A stretch of DNA of 64,000 nucleotides from Cenococcum geophilum. Taxonomy: Eukaryota. Each line of letters starts with the position of its first letter. The first letter of the stretch is position 1. The notes below the pieces were generated by a model, which did not search any database, had not been told where the DNA came from, and saw only the letters and a list, made by a program, of their open reading frames with translations. The translations under genes were made by a program, and so were the position numbers. Positions 1 through 13,610 of the stretch are shown here, in pieces. Where the stretch lies: the NCBI GenBank assembly GCA_050273025.1, contig CP158635.1, forward strand, positions 13,082,001 through 13,146,000, read 5' to 3'.

Positions 1-1716
1 CTTTAGCTCTTAGGGCTTTAGGTCCTAGGGCTGTTTACTAGGTTAAAAGGTAAAGGGAATTATTAAGGAAGGATATCTAGTATATATAACCCGTTTTCCT
101 AGCGTCTAAAAGCTACTTAGATTAACTATTCTTCCAAATTAGTATTTAAGACGGCTTTTAGTATTACTTTACTAGAGTTAAAGTTAGGGGCTAAGTTTAA
201 TAGCAACTTTTAAGTATAAAGGCGATTACATATAGAGAATCTAGCCCGCTTATAATAATCGCTACTAAGTATAGTGCTCTAGTTGGACGTGCGTATAAAT
301 AAAATTAAAAGAGAAAGGTAAGACCGCTAAAGATAATACTTCGCAGTACGCTTTAGTTTTAATTTACTACTAATAGGCGCTAGCGATCCTTGCTACCCTA
401 TATACCTATAAACCTTATTACCCTTATTATTATCACTACTATTACTATCACTGCTATTGCTATCGCTACTATTACTATCCCTAGCGTTGTTATTATCTAT
501 ATTACCGCTATTATTGCTTCCATAGTTATAGTTTTTAGTATTACCTTTATCTACAACCTCGCTATCCTTAGCGTTATTACTATAATTATATTCTTTAGCT
601 AGGCTATTAATAAAATCGTCCAAAATTTAATTATAATTGTTATTAACCTTATTTTATAGTAATCTAATATCTAATCTAATATTATAAGAAGATAAAGATT
701 ACTAAAAGGAAGGGCTAGTAGACTATGTAGTAAAGGCCGCTCGCTCCTTAATACGTTTATCGCCATTATTAAGGCTAAGGGTAAAAGGGCTAGGAGGTAA
801 GGTCTTTTAGGGAGCTAGTAAGCTTTATTATTTCATAGGTTATAGGCTCTTACTACTCTTATTAATAGAAGTATTAGAGATATAATTAATATTATTTAGT
901 TATTTAATATAATTAAACCTCCGCTTTCTTAACTTCTAGGCTTCTAAAGACCCTTAATTAGTAGTAACTAATATTTTAAGCTTATGCCAGAATTACGGAA
1001 CGGTTTTAATGCGACGCCCCTCTACTAAATTATCCGTTTGGTTGCCGTCTGGCGTTAAAGGTATAGTATAATTATATATAGGTGCGCGTACCTCCTCTTT
1101 TAGCGCTTTTAATAAAGGCAGCTCCTTATTATTTTTATTATCCTTATTACTGCCATTATTCCTATTATCTACTAATTATTAGATAAGGCTATTATAAATT
1201 AAAAGGGAAAGCGTATACCTAATCTATAAGGTATTAGTTAATTATTAACTTCGCCAACTCCGTTAGCTTTATTATTAGTATTATTAGCTTTATTACCCTT
1301 AGCTTTTAAGTCTAAATCGGCTATATTATCTTTAATAACTATTAGATTTACTACTAGTTATTAAAACTATATATTTAGAACTGCTAGGGAAAGAGGGAGA
1401 GTAGTAGGGTAATTATTAGGATAATTACTAACTACTTCCTCTAGCGACTTAACTGTTATTTCTATCTCTATAGAAATCTTCCTTATTGTCCTTATTATCC
1501 TTATTATCCTTATAATACTTATTATAAGCTTTCTTATAATTATATATGCGGTCTATAGGCGCTTTATTAGATAAAATCTCTAAACTAAGATCCTAAGTAG
1601 AATAATATACTGTTAATTACCTAAGCTTATAATGCATCTTAACTTTATAGGAGGAAAAGAAGTACTCCCTTACTCCTCCTTTTAGGCTTACTGCTCGCGC
1701 TTTTCTTAGGGGCTAT
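1..1716 (-). pseudogene. RIP-degenerate spliced orphan gene 2 (basic N-terminus, acidic low-complexity body); its 3' end is not resolved and may lie off the left edge
   Basis: De-RIP start (M)APKKSAS.KPKRR.KG. A 73-bp intron (GTACTT...TTAG, 1665-1593) joins it in frame to an EDDEDDEDDEEDF-like exon. Further GTATAC and GTACGC...CAG introns appear near 1216 and 1091. The 393-623 ORF is a D/S-rich remnant. Confidence 0.5.
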
Positions 1717-1899
1717 AATTATATAGTGCTGAGATAAAGCTATTAATTTTTTAGGGGGACCAGTATAGAAATTGTTATTATTAAGTAAAATTTTAAAAGG
1801 GATTTAAAATGAAGATTAAGATAGTGCTAATGTTGTTATTATTATTAGAGTTACTATTACTTTATAGCTTTTAAAAGCTTTAGGGGGGAATTAAAGGTC

Positions 1900-3277
1900 T
1901 TTTTAAGTGCATATTAGTCCTCCCTTCGCTACTAGCTCTCGCCTATTACCCTTTACCTTTTACCCCTTATCTAGGTTTCTTATTAAATTAAAGTATTTAA
2001 TATATATGCCTCCGGTATAGACTAGGGTTAATTACTATTTATAGGGTAAGGTTTATAAGGGCTTAAATCCTAGCGCCTAATTAATACTCTTAGTAAATTG
2101 CGGTTAAACTATATCCGCCCGTCTAAGCTGGTATATTTAGCTTTAATACAGCCGTTACATCTAGCCCCTTATTAGGAGGTTAATAGTGCGAATTTTCTAC
2201 CCTTATTCCTTAGTAAAGGGCAGCACTAACATATCTATTTACTTCCCGATAATACTAACCTAGCTTATCTTTTACGCCACTTATATTAGTAGGTAAAGCC
2301 CTACTTATATATACGCGTTATAAGCTCTTTATAACGGAAGAAGGTAGTGTTTTTATTAGTGGTAAATAGGGCTCTTTAATACTAACTGCCTAGTGACGGA
2401 TACGCCTGCCACTTGTATAGTAATTATATACATATCTATAAATATACTAGGTAAAAGACTATATAAGGTACTACTTAATACTCGCCCTTTTAATATAGCT
2501 AGCTAGCGTTAGAGATTCCTTTATAGTTATACTACTAAACCACTATACGCCTAAAAGCTGCAACCTTTTAATTTTAATCTAGGTGGTTTCTACTATAGCC
2601 CTATAGCTTAGGAGTCTAGATTATTAATTCTTTACTACTCTACTACTAAGTAGTTAGGTAGAGCTAATAGCCCTTTAGCCCTAAACTAGTAGATTAAACA
2701 GCGTTTCCGAAATATCTATAGTAATATAACTATACTACTAGGTAGGTATATATGGCTACCTAGGCGATACTCTATATAATATCCGTTCGAATAATGCCTA
2801 ATATAGCCCCCTATAGCTATTTATAGCTATACTAATAGGGACTAAGTTATAAATTTTATAACTTAAGGTAACTTAGGGCTAATAGTACAGCTAATTTTGG
2901 GGAGAGGATGTCTATATAATTAAGTAGGGTTATTAGCTAAAATATAATAAAATATAAGGCCTATCTAGTGATATAAGGGGGCTTACGGCGGCGAGGGACT
3001 AGGTACTATTACTCTAGAAAGGAGACTCTTCTAGAAAAATAAAGTAGGTAGTATTACTAGCGTAGTAATTCCTATAGATCCCATTAATTAGCAGCTGCGG
3101 GTAGTAGCTCCTTAGAGGTAAAGAAATTACTTAAATAAAAGGGGGGAAAGCTCTAAATATTATAAATGCCTATACGCATAAGTGGGATAAGTCTCTTAAG
3201 GTTAGGCTACGGAAAGGATAAATAGTAATCGCTACTCTAGTAACGAGAGTAGAAAAAGCCGTTTTATCCGTTACCAT
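1900..3277 (-). pseudogene. RIP-degenerate orphan gene 1 (~440 codons, unknown product)
   Basis: ATG at 3277. One frame runs to ~1900 with only TAA/TAG (RIP-type) stops. Possible 75-bp intron 2986-2912 (GTAAGC, GCTAAT branch, TAG). No gag, pol or transposase motif recognised. Confidence 0.45.
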
Positions 3278-3310
3278 AAAGAAAGTATAAAAAAAGTTGT
3301 TATTAGAGAG

Positions 3311-3635
3311 TATAAGAGGCGCTATATTACTATTAGTCTAAGATATAGAAATTAAGGGAAGTAGTAGGGCTTATATATGCGCGGACCCTAATAGGGGAAT
3401 AAAATAGCTTAGGGGTGGAGCGAGGAGGTTTAACTAAGGTAATAATATCTAATAAGAGGGATGCGTGGCGTTAGGGAGGAAGAGAAGATAAAGAAGGGAA
3501 AGTAAAACGGCGAGAGGTGGACGCTTTTATATAATGAGGTCGAAGCACGGGCTAGGATAAAGCGGCGAGCCAATAAGCAAGGGCGTATTACCCGTAAAGG
3601 AAGCATCCATTTCCTAATATAGATTCACTCTTACA
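3311..3635 (-). repeat. LTR-like segment / promoter (325 bp)
   Basis: Ends TATAAGAG (de-RIP TGTAAGAG) and CTCTTACA form an 8-bp inverted pair. On the minus strand, TATATAAAAG at ~3524-3533 is followed by a CT-rich tract. No matching TSD. Confidence 0.5.
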
Positions 3636-3638
3636 AAT

Positions 3639-4792
3639 ATACCTATAAATATACTGCTCCTATCTATAAGACGACTAGGAAAAGTGGCTACTGTTACAGC
3701 ACCGTAACGGATCTAGTTAGGGGGCTCGCTTAAGCCTTAGTATATATATATAGACGTGTCCTTTTCCACCTTCTGCTCCTTATCTTAATATCTAGGTCTA
3801 TAGACTACTAATTATACAGGCTTGCATACGTTCTTTACGGCGCTCGTACCTTAATTAACTGAGTCGCTGTGACAGCTACCTTTAGCTAAGTTTACTATAA
3901 ATAATACAAGAAATAAATTAATAGGCGTAACGCCGTTCTACGTAACCTACGGATAAGACCCTTAACTTAGATTTAAACTATAATCTAAAATTAATATAAT
4001 AGGATCTATAATTAAAAGGATTTAACTAATTAACGTATATAACTTCGCTAATTAAATAAAGTAGTTAACGGAACTATTATAAAGTAAATTAGCGTACGCT
4101 TAAATAGTATAGAAATAGTATATAAATAAAGGATAAGCTATTACGTGGGACTTTAAGAAAGGTAATATAGTTTACCTAAATATATAAAACCTAAAGACTT
4201 AATAACCCTTAAAGAAACTAGACTAGAAGTTTGCGGGCCTATACTAAATTAAGAAAAAACTAAGCCTATATACTTATAAGCTTAAACTACTAACTAAGAT
4301 AAAAATATATTTAATGTTTTATATAAACTTACTGTAACCCTTAAAAGGTAAACCTATAACTCGCGAAGTGCTACTGCTACCTTCTATAATTATTAATAAT
4401 GGTAATAGTTCTTACTTTATTAACTTAATTAATAATATATAATAGAAGATATAGTCTAAATAATTTAAACTTCTTATTAAATAGAAAGGATATAAGATAT
4501 AAACCTAAGAACCTTATAAGTAAATTAAAACTAATATGCCTTCCCTGGTAAAAGAATTCTATAAAAACTATCCTTTACGGCCTACTTTAGCTAGATAAAC
4601 ACGATATAAAAGTAAATAATTGCTACCTAATATAAATACACGAAATATAATAGTAGGAAGCTTAAAATTAAAAAAAACTTAAAATATATTATGACGTTTA
4701 TAATACAATTACGTAACACGCAAGATATTAAGGAACTTTAACTACTAGTTAAAGTTATCTAATTAGTTAGATCTGCCTTACTAAGACCTACT
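3639..4792 (+). mobile_element. Gypsy-B fragment (integrase C-terminus, chromodomain, 3' UTR)
   Basis: De-RIP YCSYLQDDWEKWLPLAEF...GVTPFYATYG. Colinear with the reverse complement of ~47315-48280. Confidence 0.9.
3692..3874 (+). mobile_element. Solo LTR (183 bp)
   Basis: Termini TGTTACAGC...GCTGTGACA. 5-bp TSD GCTAC at 3687-3691 and 3875-3879. The host integrase frame is restored on removal. Confidence 0.93.
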
Positions 4793-7700
4793 TATTACGG
4801 ACGCTTTAAGTACAATATTATAACTACTAGGAGAGGAGTTAAAAGAAGCTAGTTGGTTAATATAAGTACGGTCTAGGATGGAGCCAATAGAATTATATAA
4901 TGAGGAATAGTAACTAAGGTCACATAATAAGCTCTATAAGCTCTGTAAGATCTATAAGAAACGTCTTATATACCTTATATACCTTACGTACCTCACGTAT
5001 AAGAAGGATTTCATAGAAGTACGGTTATATATTTAAGGACCCTTAGTCCCTACCTAGATAGTTCCTTCCTTATAGTAATTCTTAGAATATAATTAGAGTT
5101 AATCTGTTAGGTAACCACTTTACCAGTTATTATTACGTTATTAACTTTTTATAGCACCTATACACCTAGCCTATTAATAAGTTTACCGTAGTTCCTACTA
5201 TAAGGCTCCGTTATATAATTACTACCTAGTTATAGTCTTAGAAGTTAAACAATATGCCACCAAAAGCAGCCATAATAACGCTATTAACGGCAGTAACAAC
5301 CTTAGGGTCAGGTAATAACACTAGTATAATAGATATTAACTTACAACTAGTTACAGTCGGATAGTTATAGGCAATAGTTAATTAGTTAATAGATAATAAT
5401 AAGGCACTTAAAAATAGGGTTAACGGAATAAGAATAGCTAAGGTTAAGTTACCTTTAATTAAACAATTCTTAGAAGAGAGATTAAAGCTTAAAGGATTCC
5501 TTACGCAAATGCACTTTAAAATTATATAGGAAGGAGTAAAGTTAGCGACACCTATAGATTAAGTAGCGTATGTAGGATTATTCCTAACGGAAAGGGCGCT
5601 TAAATGGTTTAAACCCTACCTTATAAAAATATAAGATAATAGTATAACGACTACTAATTAGAAAGTATAATATATATTTATAAACTAAAATAGATTCGCG
5701 GAATAATTAATATAAATATTTAGGGACCCGGAAGTAACAGTAATAGTAGAAAGAAAGCTTTAGAACCTAATATAGCGAACCTTAGTAATTAAGTATATAA
5801 CGCAGTTTTAAACGTTAGCTATATAAGTTAAATAGAATAATAGGGCGCTTATAGCACAGTATAAACAGGGACTTAAAGTAAAAGTCTAGGATGTAATTAT
5901 TCTAATAGAAGATACGGATACCCTTAGGGAATTAATAAATTAAGCAATTAAAATTAATAATAAAATCTTCTAAAGAGAATAGGCTAAAAGAGGCTAGGAT
6001 AGAGTTCTATAGTTATATAAGGCGTAGAGTATATAACGACTAAAGCTAAATTAGAAACTATGGTATAGCGTAGAGCTAATAGACCTAAGCGGTACCAAAA
6101 AAACCTATAAGAGATAGGGAAAATAACTATAGAAACTTAAAAGTTAAGAATTAAGTAATTAAAGGACTAAGGAGTATAGGCTAAACTAAGGATCTTAATA
6201 GCAGAAGACGTTTAAGCGGACTCTATAGTAAAAGTAATAGTTTAAAAATAGAGCTTATATAAATTATGGAAAATAGGGTTATTTTACTAAAGACTATAAA
6301 AGTAGTTAGAGTTATTATATAGTAAAGGGAACTAGACTAATAGTATATAATATATACGTATAGAGGGATGATAGTACACTATAAGAAATAAAGGAATATT
6401 TAATCTAAAGTTTCGCGTTTTATTATAATAACGCATACTAAGTTTATAAAAACGCTAAATACGGCGTAAGCTATTAGCTATAAAAGCTAAAGTTAAAAGG
6501 ACTTAAGGGAACTATAAAGTTAGATAAAGAATAAGATTAACTCTATAAGCTAGATTAAAATATTATAGCAATATACGGATAAAGATTAGTAATAATAATA
6601 ATAGAGTTGGAGTACTTATTAATTAATAGTAATAAGAGAAAAAAAGAAACTAACTAGGAGTATCTAAACCTTAATAATATAATAAAAGTAGAGACTAAAA
6701 CTGCTATAGAGCAAGGTTTAGTAACGGGTATTATAATACCGTTAAATACGGTATCTATTACTTTATAAGACAAAAGGAGTAATATTTATAGGTAATTAAG
6801 TAAGTAGACAACTACTAGTGCTAGCTTACTACTTAATAAAGGTAAAAGGCTAAAGGCTTAAGATTCTTAGGACGAGATAAAAGATAACTAAAATTCTTAA
6901 GATAAGATAAGGTATGCTTAGGGACTTATAATAAATTATAACCGATAGAGTAGAGTAACGGCTTAGTTTAGTAATATATAAATAAGCTTAGGACGAAGTT
7001 TCCTAAAGGCATAAAACTCTTAAAGCGAGATAAGTAATATTTAAGACTCTTAAGATAAAATAAGAATACTAGTAAAGCCTAATTAAACTAAGGCTAGAGC
7101 GCAGCTTAAGAAAAAAGTAAGCTTAGGATTAAAGAATCTAAGGGACTAGGAATTTGGAGTATGAATAAGGACACCCATAAGTAAAAGGTAAGAGGCTTTA
7201 CTATAAATTAGAGAATCTATAATATAAATAGTAGTTAAACTAGGAGATAAATATATAGACCTAAAAGACTTATTAGGGGAATATAGCATTTAGCCTAAAG
7301 ATTAAAAAGTTAATACTATAATTAAAAAGTAAGAGAACTTTAAGGATCTAATTATAAGACATAAATAACGAGAAACTATAGATAAATTTAAAGTAAGAAT
7401 CCTTATATAGTAAGAATAAAAACTAAATATAAGATCTAGTAAACTAAGTTATATATAAGATAGAGTACCGGTACAAAAAATCACTAATAGGCTAAAAATA
7501 GGTATACTAAGAGCTAAGTAGCTTACTAAACTAGAAAATAAAGAGGATCTAGGGATTTTAACTAGGTTTAAGAAATGGCATATAAAAGGCTATTACAACA
7601 TAGTAATAAGAAGATACTTTCTTATAAATAGACCATATACACTCTAATAGCTATACTAGAGGTAGTATAGGCAAAGACATAATAATAAGTGGAAAGATTT

Positions 7701-8199
7701 CTATATATAGTTAGACGAGAAAATTATCCAAGACTACCTAATTATAGAAAAAGTAATAAATTATATTAAGGGAGCCTTAATTATAATGCTAAAGAATCTA
7801 GAAAAACAATTAGAGGACTAAAGAAGTAAAAGATGTATCTTAGTACCCGTAAATAAAGTTATAACGTTTAGATTAATATAATAAAGGTTAAAACTTAAGA
7901 ATAAAGATAAATTAAAAGTTAACCTAAAACACCTAGCACACTATATGTTAGCGACTTAGTCAATCAAGGCATGAGCACAGTAAGAAGGTCGCGCAAGCCT
8001 ATATAATTGGATTGTCTATAAACGAGGATCCAAAGCTAGAGAAAGGAAAGGGGAAGAATAGAAGCGCCGCTCAAAGTTATATACAATCCTCTAGTTATAT
8101 AATGGGAGTTTACAGCAATCTGCCGTATTCTGCCAGCTTTCTACCATATTCTGCCAGTGCCGTAATATTACCCCCCCCCCTCCGAAAAAGCCTGCCCTC

Positions 8200-11100
8200 A
8201 GGCTTTGTATATCCGTATTATATCTATAGGGTATTATCTTTATGCTCAATAGGTAGCTTATTATCTTCGCTATACTAGCACTCTATCCACTTGTCTAGAT
8301 ACTTTAGGGGTCCTGGTTTATTAGGGTATTAGTTATAAAACTCTTTAAGCTTCTAGGGGTAACCTATAAAGTTCTAGGTGGGGTACCAGGTTAGGTCTGG
8401 ATTGTAACCTTTCTATTAGATATGGTATTTTAGCGTTCCTCGTACTAGTTTATAGGCTAGTATTTTATTAACTTTTTATTCGTCGTCGCCATTAACTTAA
8501 ATCGGTAGTAGAGGCTTATTCTTTTATCCCGGTAGTAGGTTATTTGTAGCTTTCCGTAGCTTATCTAGTAAGAAAATAGGGTTGACTTTAATTGAGTCTG
8601 GGAGTTTAACCTTATATAAGTTGCCTTCTTTATTAAGGATCTTATACGGTCCTGCCATCTTATAGTCTAGCTTATGGCTAGGCCGTTCTGTCTTCTAGTT
8701 CTTTGTTGTAACCCAGACCTTATTGCCTACGGTAAAGTTAGGCTCGCGCCTGTGCTTATTTGCCTGCTATTCTATTGATTTTTAAGCCTTCTCTAGGTTC
8801 TTACGGGCTACCATCTATACTTCTTCTAGGCGTCTAGTATGCTGCTATACTTCCTCATAAGATAGTTTTTTGCGCACGGTCTCTGGTCCTTCTGGTCTCT
8901 CCCAGTCAAAGCTTATACGGGGTAAGTATCCCATTTCTAGCTGAATAGGTGCGAACCCCGTAGAGTTATAGGGTAGGGTTACCTAGGCGTAGTCCATTAT
9001 GGGTAGTAGTTTACCCCAGTTATCCTAAAAGTAGTTAATAAAGGGCCGGAGTCTCTAGTCTAAGTATTAATTTACAATCTCCGTCTAACCGTCTATCTGG
9101 AGGTGGTATGCTATAGAGAGCTTTAGCCTAACACCTAGGATCTAGGTAAACTCGTTCCAAAAGGCTAATATAAATTACGGCCCGCGGTTAGATATGATAG
9201 TATCTAGTAGTCTATAGATTTGGTAGATATAGTAGATATACAGTTAGGCCGCCTCTTTAGCATTAATATTCTTATAATAGGGGATTAAGAACGGGCGCTT
9301 GCCAAAGCGGTCGACTAGGATTATAACTATATTATATTTATCGCGGTCCGTAGGTAACTCGTGGAAGTCTATAGAGATATGCTGCTAGGGGCGTTCTGGT
9401 ATCGGGAGTAGCTTTAGTAGCCCTAGGGTCTTATCTCGTGGGATTGTAGACCTACGGCAGTCGTTACAGTTCTATATATAGCGGTTAATATCCGTAACTA
9501 TTCCGGGCTAGTAATATCGGTCACTAATAATTTTATAGGTCTTATTCTTTCTAGGGTGGGCCGTAGAGACCTAGGTATGTGCTTTGGTAATAAGCCGAGT
9601 CCGTAAGTTCTATCCCTTTACTACTACTAGCCGTTTCTAATGCTTAAGTAATCCGGTTTTAAGGGACTATGGGCTGGTAACGTTCTTTACCTTTTTACGG
9701 TACTCCTATAGAGAAGGGGCCGTACGGTTTATCTATAGCAATTTATTAATTAAGTTAAGTCCTAAAGGGTTAATAGGATATATCTTGGCGCCTAAGAAGT
9801 CTATATTTAGTTCTGCCTATATCCGGGGGTTAAGGTGCTCTAATTATAGTAGTATCTGAGTCCGTAATAAGATCTTTATAGCCGTCTGGTTACCTAGGTC
9901 TTATTTACGCCTTATAAAAGCATCCGCATAGTTTATAGCGCCTAGTCTATATATAATTAAGAAGTAAAACTAAGATAGGATATCCGCCTAGCGTGCCTAC
10001 CGGGCCGTAAGGGCCTTAATTATTATAAAGTATTCTAGGGCCTTATAATCCAAAACTACCTTAATAGACTTAGGGGTCCCTTTTAGCTGTACACGCCAGT
10101 GCTAAAAGCTAGAGATAATAGCCAGCATTTCTTTGTTATGGATATGGTAGTTTAGTTCGGCATCTATTATAGTCTTTAAATAGTATGCAATAGGGTGCTA
10201 TTCTCCGTCTAGTTGCTTCTGGGAAAAAATACTGGCTATTGCGCCGTCTAAGGCATTAGTTTTTAATATTAAGGGCTATTCTAGGTCAAAATGGGCAAGT
10301 AGGGGGGCCGATACCAGCCGTTTTTTAAGCTTAGTAAAGGCCTGCATATATATAGCGTTAAAGTGGAAGGGCTGGTCTTTCCTAGTAAGGCGGTTAAGAG
10401 GCTAGATAATTCTGCTATAGTTCTTAATAAAGCGTTGGTAGAAGTTATAGAAACCTAAAAATAATTATACCCCTTTTACGGTCCGTGGGGGTGTCCACTG
10501 GTTAATTACGGCTGTTTTCTCTGGGTCGGCCTTAATTCCGTCCGTGCTAATAATAAAACCTAGGTACTTTGTATGCTTAACACTAAATTCTAACTTCTTA
10601 ATATCGGCCTGGAGGCCAGCTTCCTGGAGCCATTATAGGACTTTATAGATATGCTCCTAATATTCCAATTTATTCTTAGAGTAGATTATAATATTATCTA
10701 GGTAGGCTGTGCAGAAGTCGTCAAGGTAGTTAAATAGTATGTTATTTATATACCGCTAATATATAGCCGGTCCGTTAGTTAGCCTAAAAGGAAGCACTTT
10801 ATATTTATATGTTCCGTAACGGGTTCGAAATATAGTAAGATCCTCTAATCTAGGGTCCATTCTAATCCGGTAAAAAGCCTAATGGATATCGAGCTTTGTA
10901 AAGATCTTAGCTCTGCTTATTTGGGCTAGAGTCTCATTAAGTAAGGGCAGTGGGTAGCGGTCCTTGCGGGTTATATTATTAAGTTTATGGTAGTCGATAT
11001 AGAAACGAAGCCCTCTATTTAGCTTCTTAATAAAGAGAATAGGTGAGTTAAAAGGGGCTTAGCTAGGCTTAATAAAGCCCTTATCTAGGTTATCGATGAG

Positions 11101-12300
11101 GTACTACTTTATAGCCTATAATTTAGCAGCAGACTGCTGATGGAGGGGGCTATAGCTAAGGGTGTCCTCCTTATCTGGCTTAATCTCGATCTTATAGTTA
11201 TATAGTTAGTAAGGCGGAAGCATGTCGGATACTGCCTTAGAGAATATATCTTTGAATTTCTAGTGTTAATAAGGCAGTTTCTGTTCGACCAGCTCCTTAT
11301 CCATAAGCTCGCTTTCCTATCCGCTAAGCTCGCTTTCCTTTTCCTTAATTATTTAATTAATTTTATATAAGCTAGTAGTAAAGGCAACGGTATTAGGTTA
11401 GACTAAGTTCTAGTAAAATCCTACGGCGCTAATGCAGCAGATATTAACCGGGGGAAGGTCCGTAGGTTTCTTTACAAACTTTTATTGGGCTGTATTTTAC
11501 GGTATAAGGTTTATAATCTTCCTCAGCTTACGTTCCATTTTCCGCAAGTTGTCCTTCTAGTCTATTAGTTTAGTATAGCGTCCGGTATTCCTAGCCTTTC
11601 TTTATAGCTGCGTAGGGCCTAAGTTCTCTATAGGGGGCTTAGCTAAGTTATTACTAATTTCCTGGGTCTCTAGTGCGGATAACGTAATATAGGTAGTCTA
11701 GGGGCGGCGTAGTATACAGGTCCGTTACTGATTGCGCTATATATCTTTCTTAAAGGCCTAGTCCCTACGTATGGCATCGGCCTAGTAAATAGTATTAATT
11801 AGGGGCCGTATAAGGTTCTCTATTATAATACTAATTTCTTTTATAAAGGAAGGGGTTAGGGGTAGAGACTCGGGCTAGACGAGCCATCTACTCCGTATAT
11901 TGAGCTATAAGCCTAAATAGGCTAGCCATTTTCTTTTTAAGATTATATTGTGGCTTCCCAGGTCCGTAATAAAAAAGGGGACGTTATACTACCTTCGTCC
12001 ATTAACGCGGAGGTAGATTCGTAAGATAGTCGTAATAGGTGGCCCTATTCTTCTGTTATAACCGCAAATAGGAACTAGTTTAGGCAGTTCTTCTAGGGGC
12101 GCATTTAAAAATTCAGCCAGCTTTACGGCGTACTACGTGTCTATTAAGGCAAAGGCATTTACTCTAGAGTTAGCTAAAGCAGAGGTTAAAACTTGGTATC
12201 CATTACGAAATAAAGTACAAGGGATAGTGCAGCTTCTTCCGCTAACTAGCTAACCTAGATTAACATATAACATATTAATTCCTTTTAACCTTAAAGAAGA
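8200..12300 (-). pseudogene. pol: Gypsy-D pol (PR-RT-RH-IN-chromodomain), RIP-inactivated; ends approximate
   Basis: De-RIP motifs GLRF(C)IDY, DRYPLPL, LPFGLTNGPA, YLDD, YHIHNKEMLA, SDRGPQF, AYHLQ.DGQTE and a chromodomain. Confidence 0.9.
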
Positions 12301-12324
12301 GTCTTCCTCTAGGGTTCCTCTTTT

Positions 12325-13610
12325 TCTAACTCTATGCTATCCTTCTGAGTTAACAGGACCTCGTTTGTCTTTACCGCTATTAGGCAGTCCTTTGCAAAGT
12401 AGTCTTTTTGGCCGTATAAAAAGTAAGCTCCTTAATTACTAAGGGCCTATTTACGAGGGTCGCTATAAGTAGGTCGGGTATGCGCCGGACCCATAGCAGG
12501 GCTAGCTACCGGATTAACGGCGGGCTATACAGCTGGTGCCGTAGGGGTTGTAGGTCGTGCCGGGGCACTACGGGCCGTTCTCGTGGTGCTTATAGTCTGG
12601 TTTAAAGAGTTTCTGGCTTTATACCGCTTAGCTCGTGCCTTAATTCGTTAGAGGCCTTAATTAATAGCCAGGCAGTAGTCCGTAAGTACCTTTAGCGTTT
12701 ATATAGTAGTAAAAACTAGCAGTACGGCGCGCTGTAGATCTAGGGTAAGCTTGTTAAAGAGGTCTGGCATTAGGTCTTTATGGGGAATACGGGCTTAGCC
12801 GGCTAGGTGCAGGAAGCGGGTTTAGAAGGCCAAAAAGGTCTCCGTTGTTTTCATGTTTAGGGCTGACGATGGTACTGGAGGAGTCCTCCACATGCGTTTC
12901 CTGCTTACATAAGCAGACTCCCTTTCCCGTTCGGTATCCGCGGCAACCACTTCGGTATCCGTAGTAGTCACCCCGAACCCCGTAGATATAGGCCTATATC
13001 AAGGCCTATATTCCTCGTAGTTAGATTCCATAGCTTCATTCATTCATTCAATATCATTCAGTTCATCAAGGGCTTTATAGTTAAGGCGGGCGTTTTGCGT
13101 CTTAAAGGGGTCCTTATAAATAGAAGATAGGTAGTCAATTATCTCTTCTCTAGAGAGGAAGGGATCTGCTAAGTCCTAAGTATATCGTAAACGTAGGTGC
13201 GTCTGCGCGTCCCCACCAGTGCGGCCAAAGACGTAGGCCATCTTAGCTCGAGTAGTAGGGAAGTGGTCCGCATTAACTTCGAGCTTATCTTGCAGTTAAA
13301 GCTTCCAATTGTTAAATATAGGGTCAGTTCCGTCTATAAGCAATAGGGGGTCGGCGACCTTCGCGGACCGCGACGATGCTAATGCTATACGTTAGGCTAG
13401 GGTCTTAAAGACCATAGCAAGCCTCTAAGTGTCTAATAACTCCTCACTAGGTGTAAGGGTGTCTCTGGTTTTAAGCAGCTCTTAAAGTCGTTTAATTTTG
13501 GCATTAGCTGCTGCGAGTTCTTCCTAGGGGGTCGAAACGGTGACTATTTTACTATTAGAGGTATTTGCGGGTCCTATAGCGGCTTTACCGGCTGCTGTGT
13601 TTCTTGGCAT
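12325..13610 (-). pseudogene. gag: Gypsy-D gag, RIP-inactivated
   Basis: Starts MPRNTAAGK. KMAYVFGRTGGDAQTHL capsid-like segment. CCHC knuckle ~12385-12427. Interrupted by the solo LTR at 12864-13068. Confidence 0.85.
12864..13068 (+). mobile_element. Solo LTR (205 bp), unrelated family
   Basis: Termini TGACGA...TCATCA. TSD AGGGC at 12859-12863 and 13069-13073. Confidence 0.88.

Noticed and set aside
390..602. Hydrophobic 70-aa ORF suggesting a membrane peptide
   Set aside because: It is the antisense reading of a RIP-mutated Asp/Ser-rich tract; RIP inflates Ile/Thr codons.
3311..3635. Solo LTR interpretation
   Set aside because: The flanks GAGAG and AATAT do not form a TSD.
8012..8278. 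MSINEDPK... ORF, duplicated at 13902-14090
   Set aside because: Both start at TTG inside the Gypsy-D LTRs, antisense to the element; the duplication is just the LTR pair.
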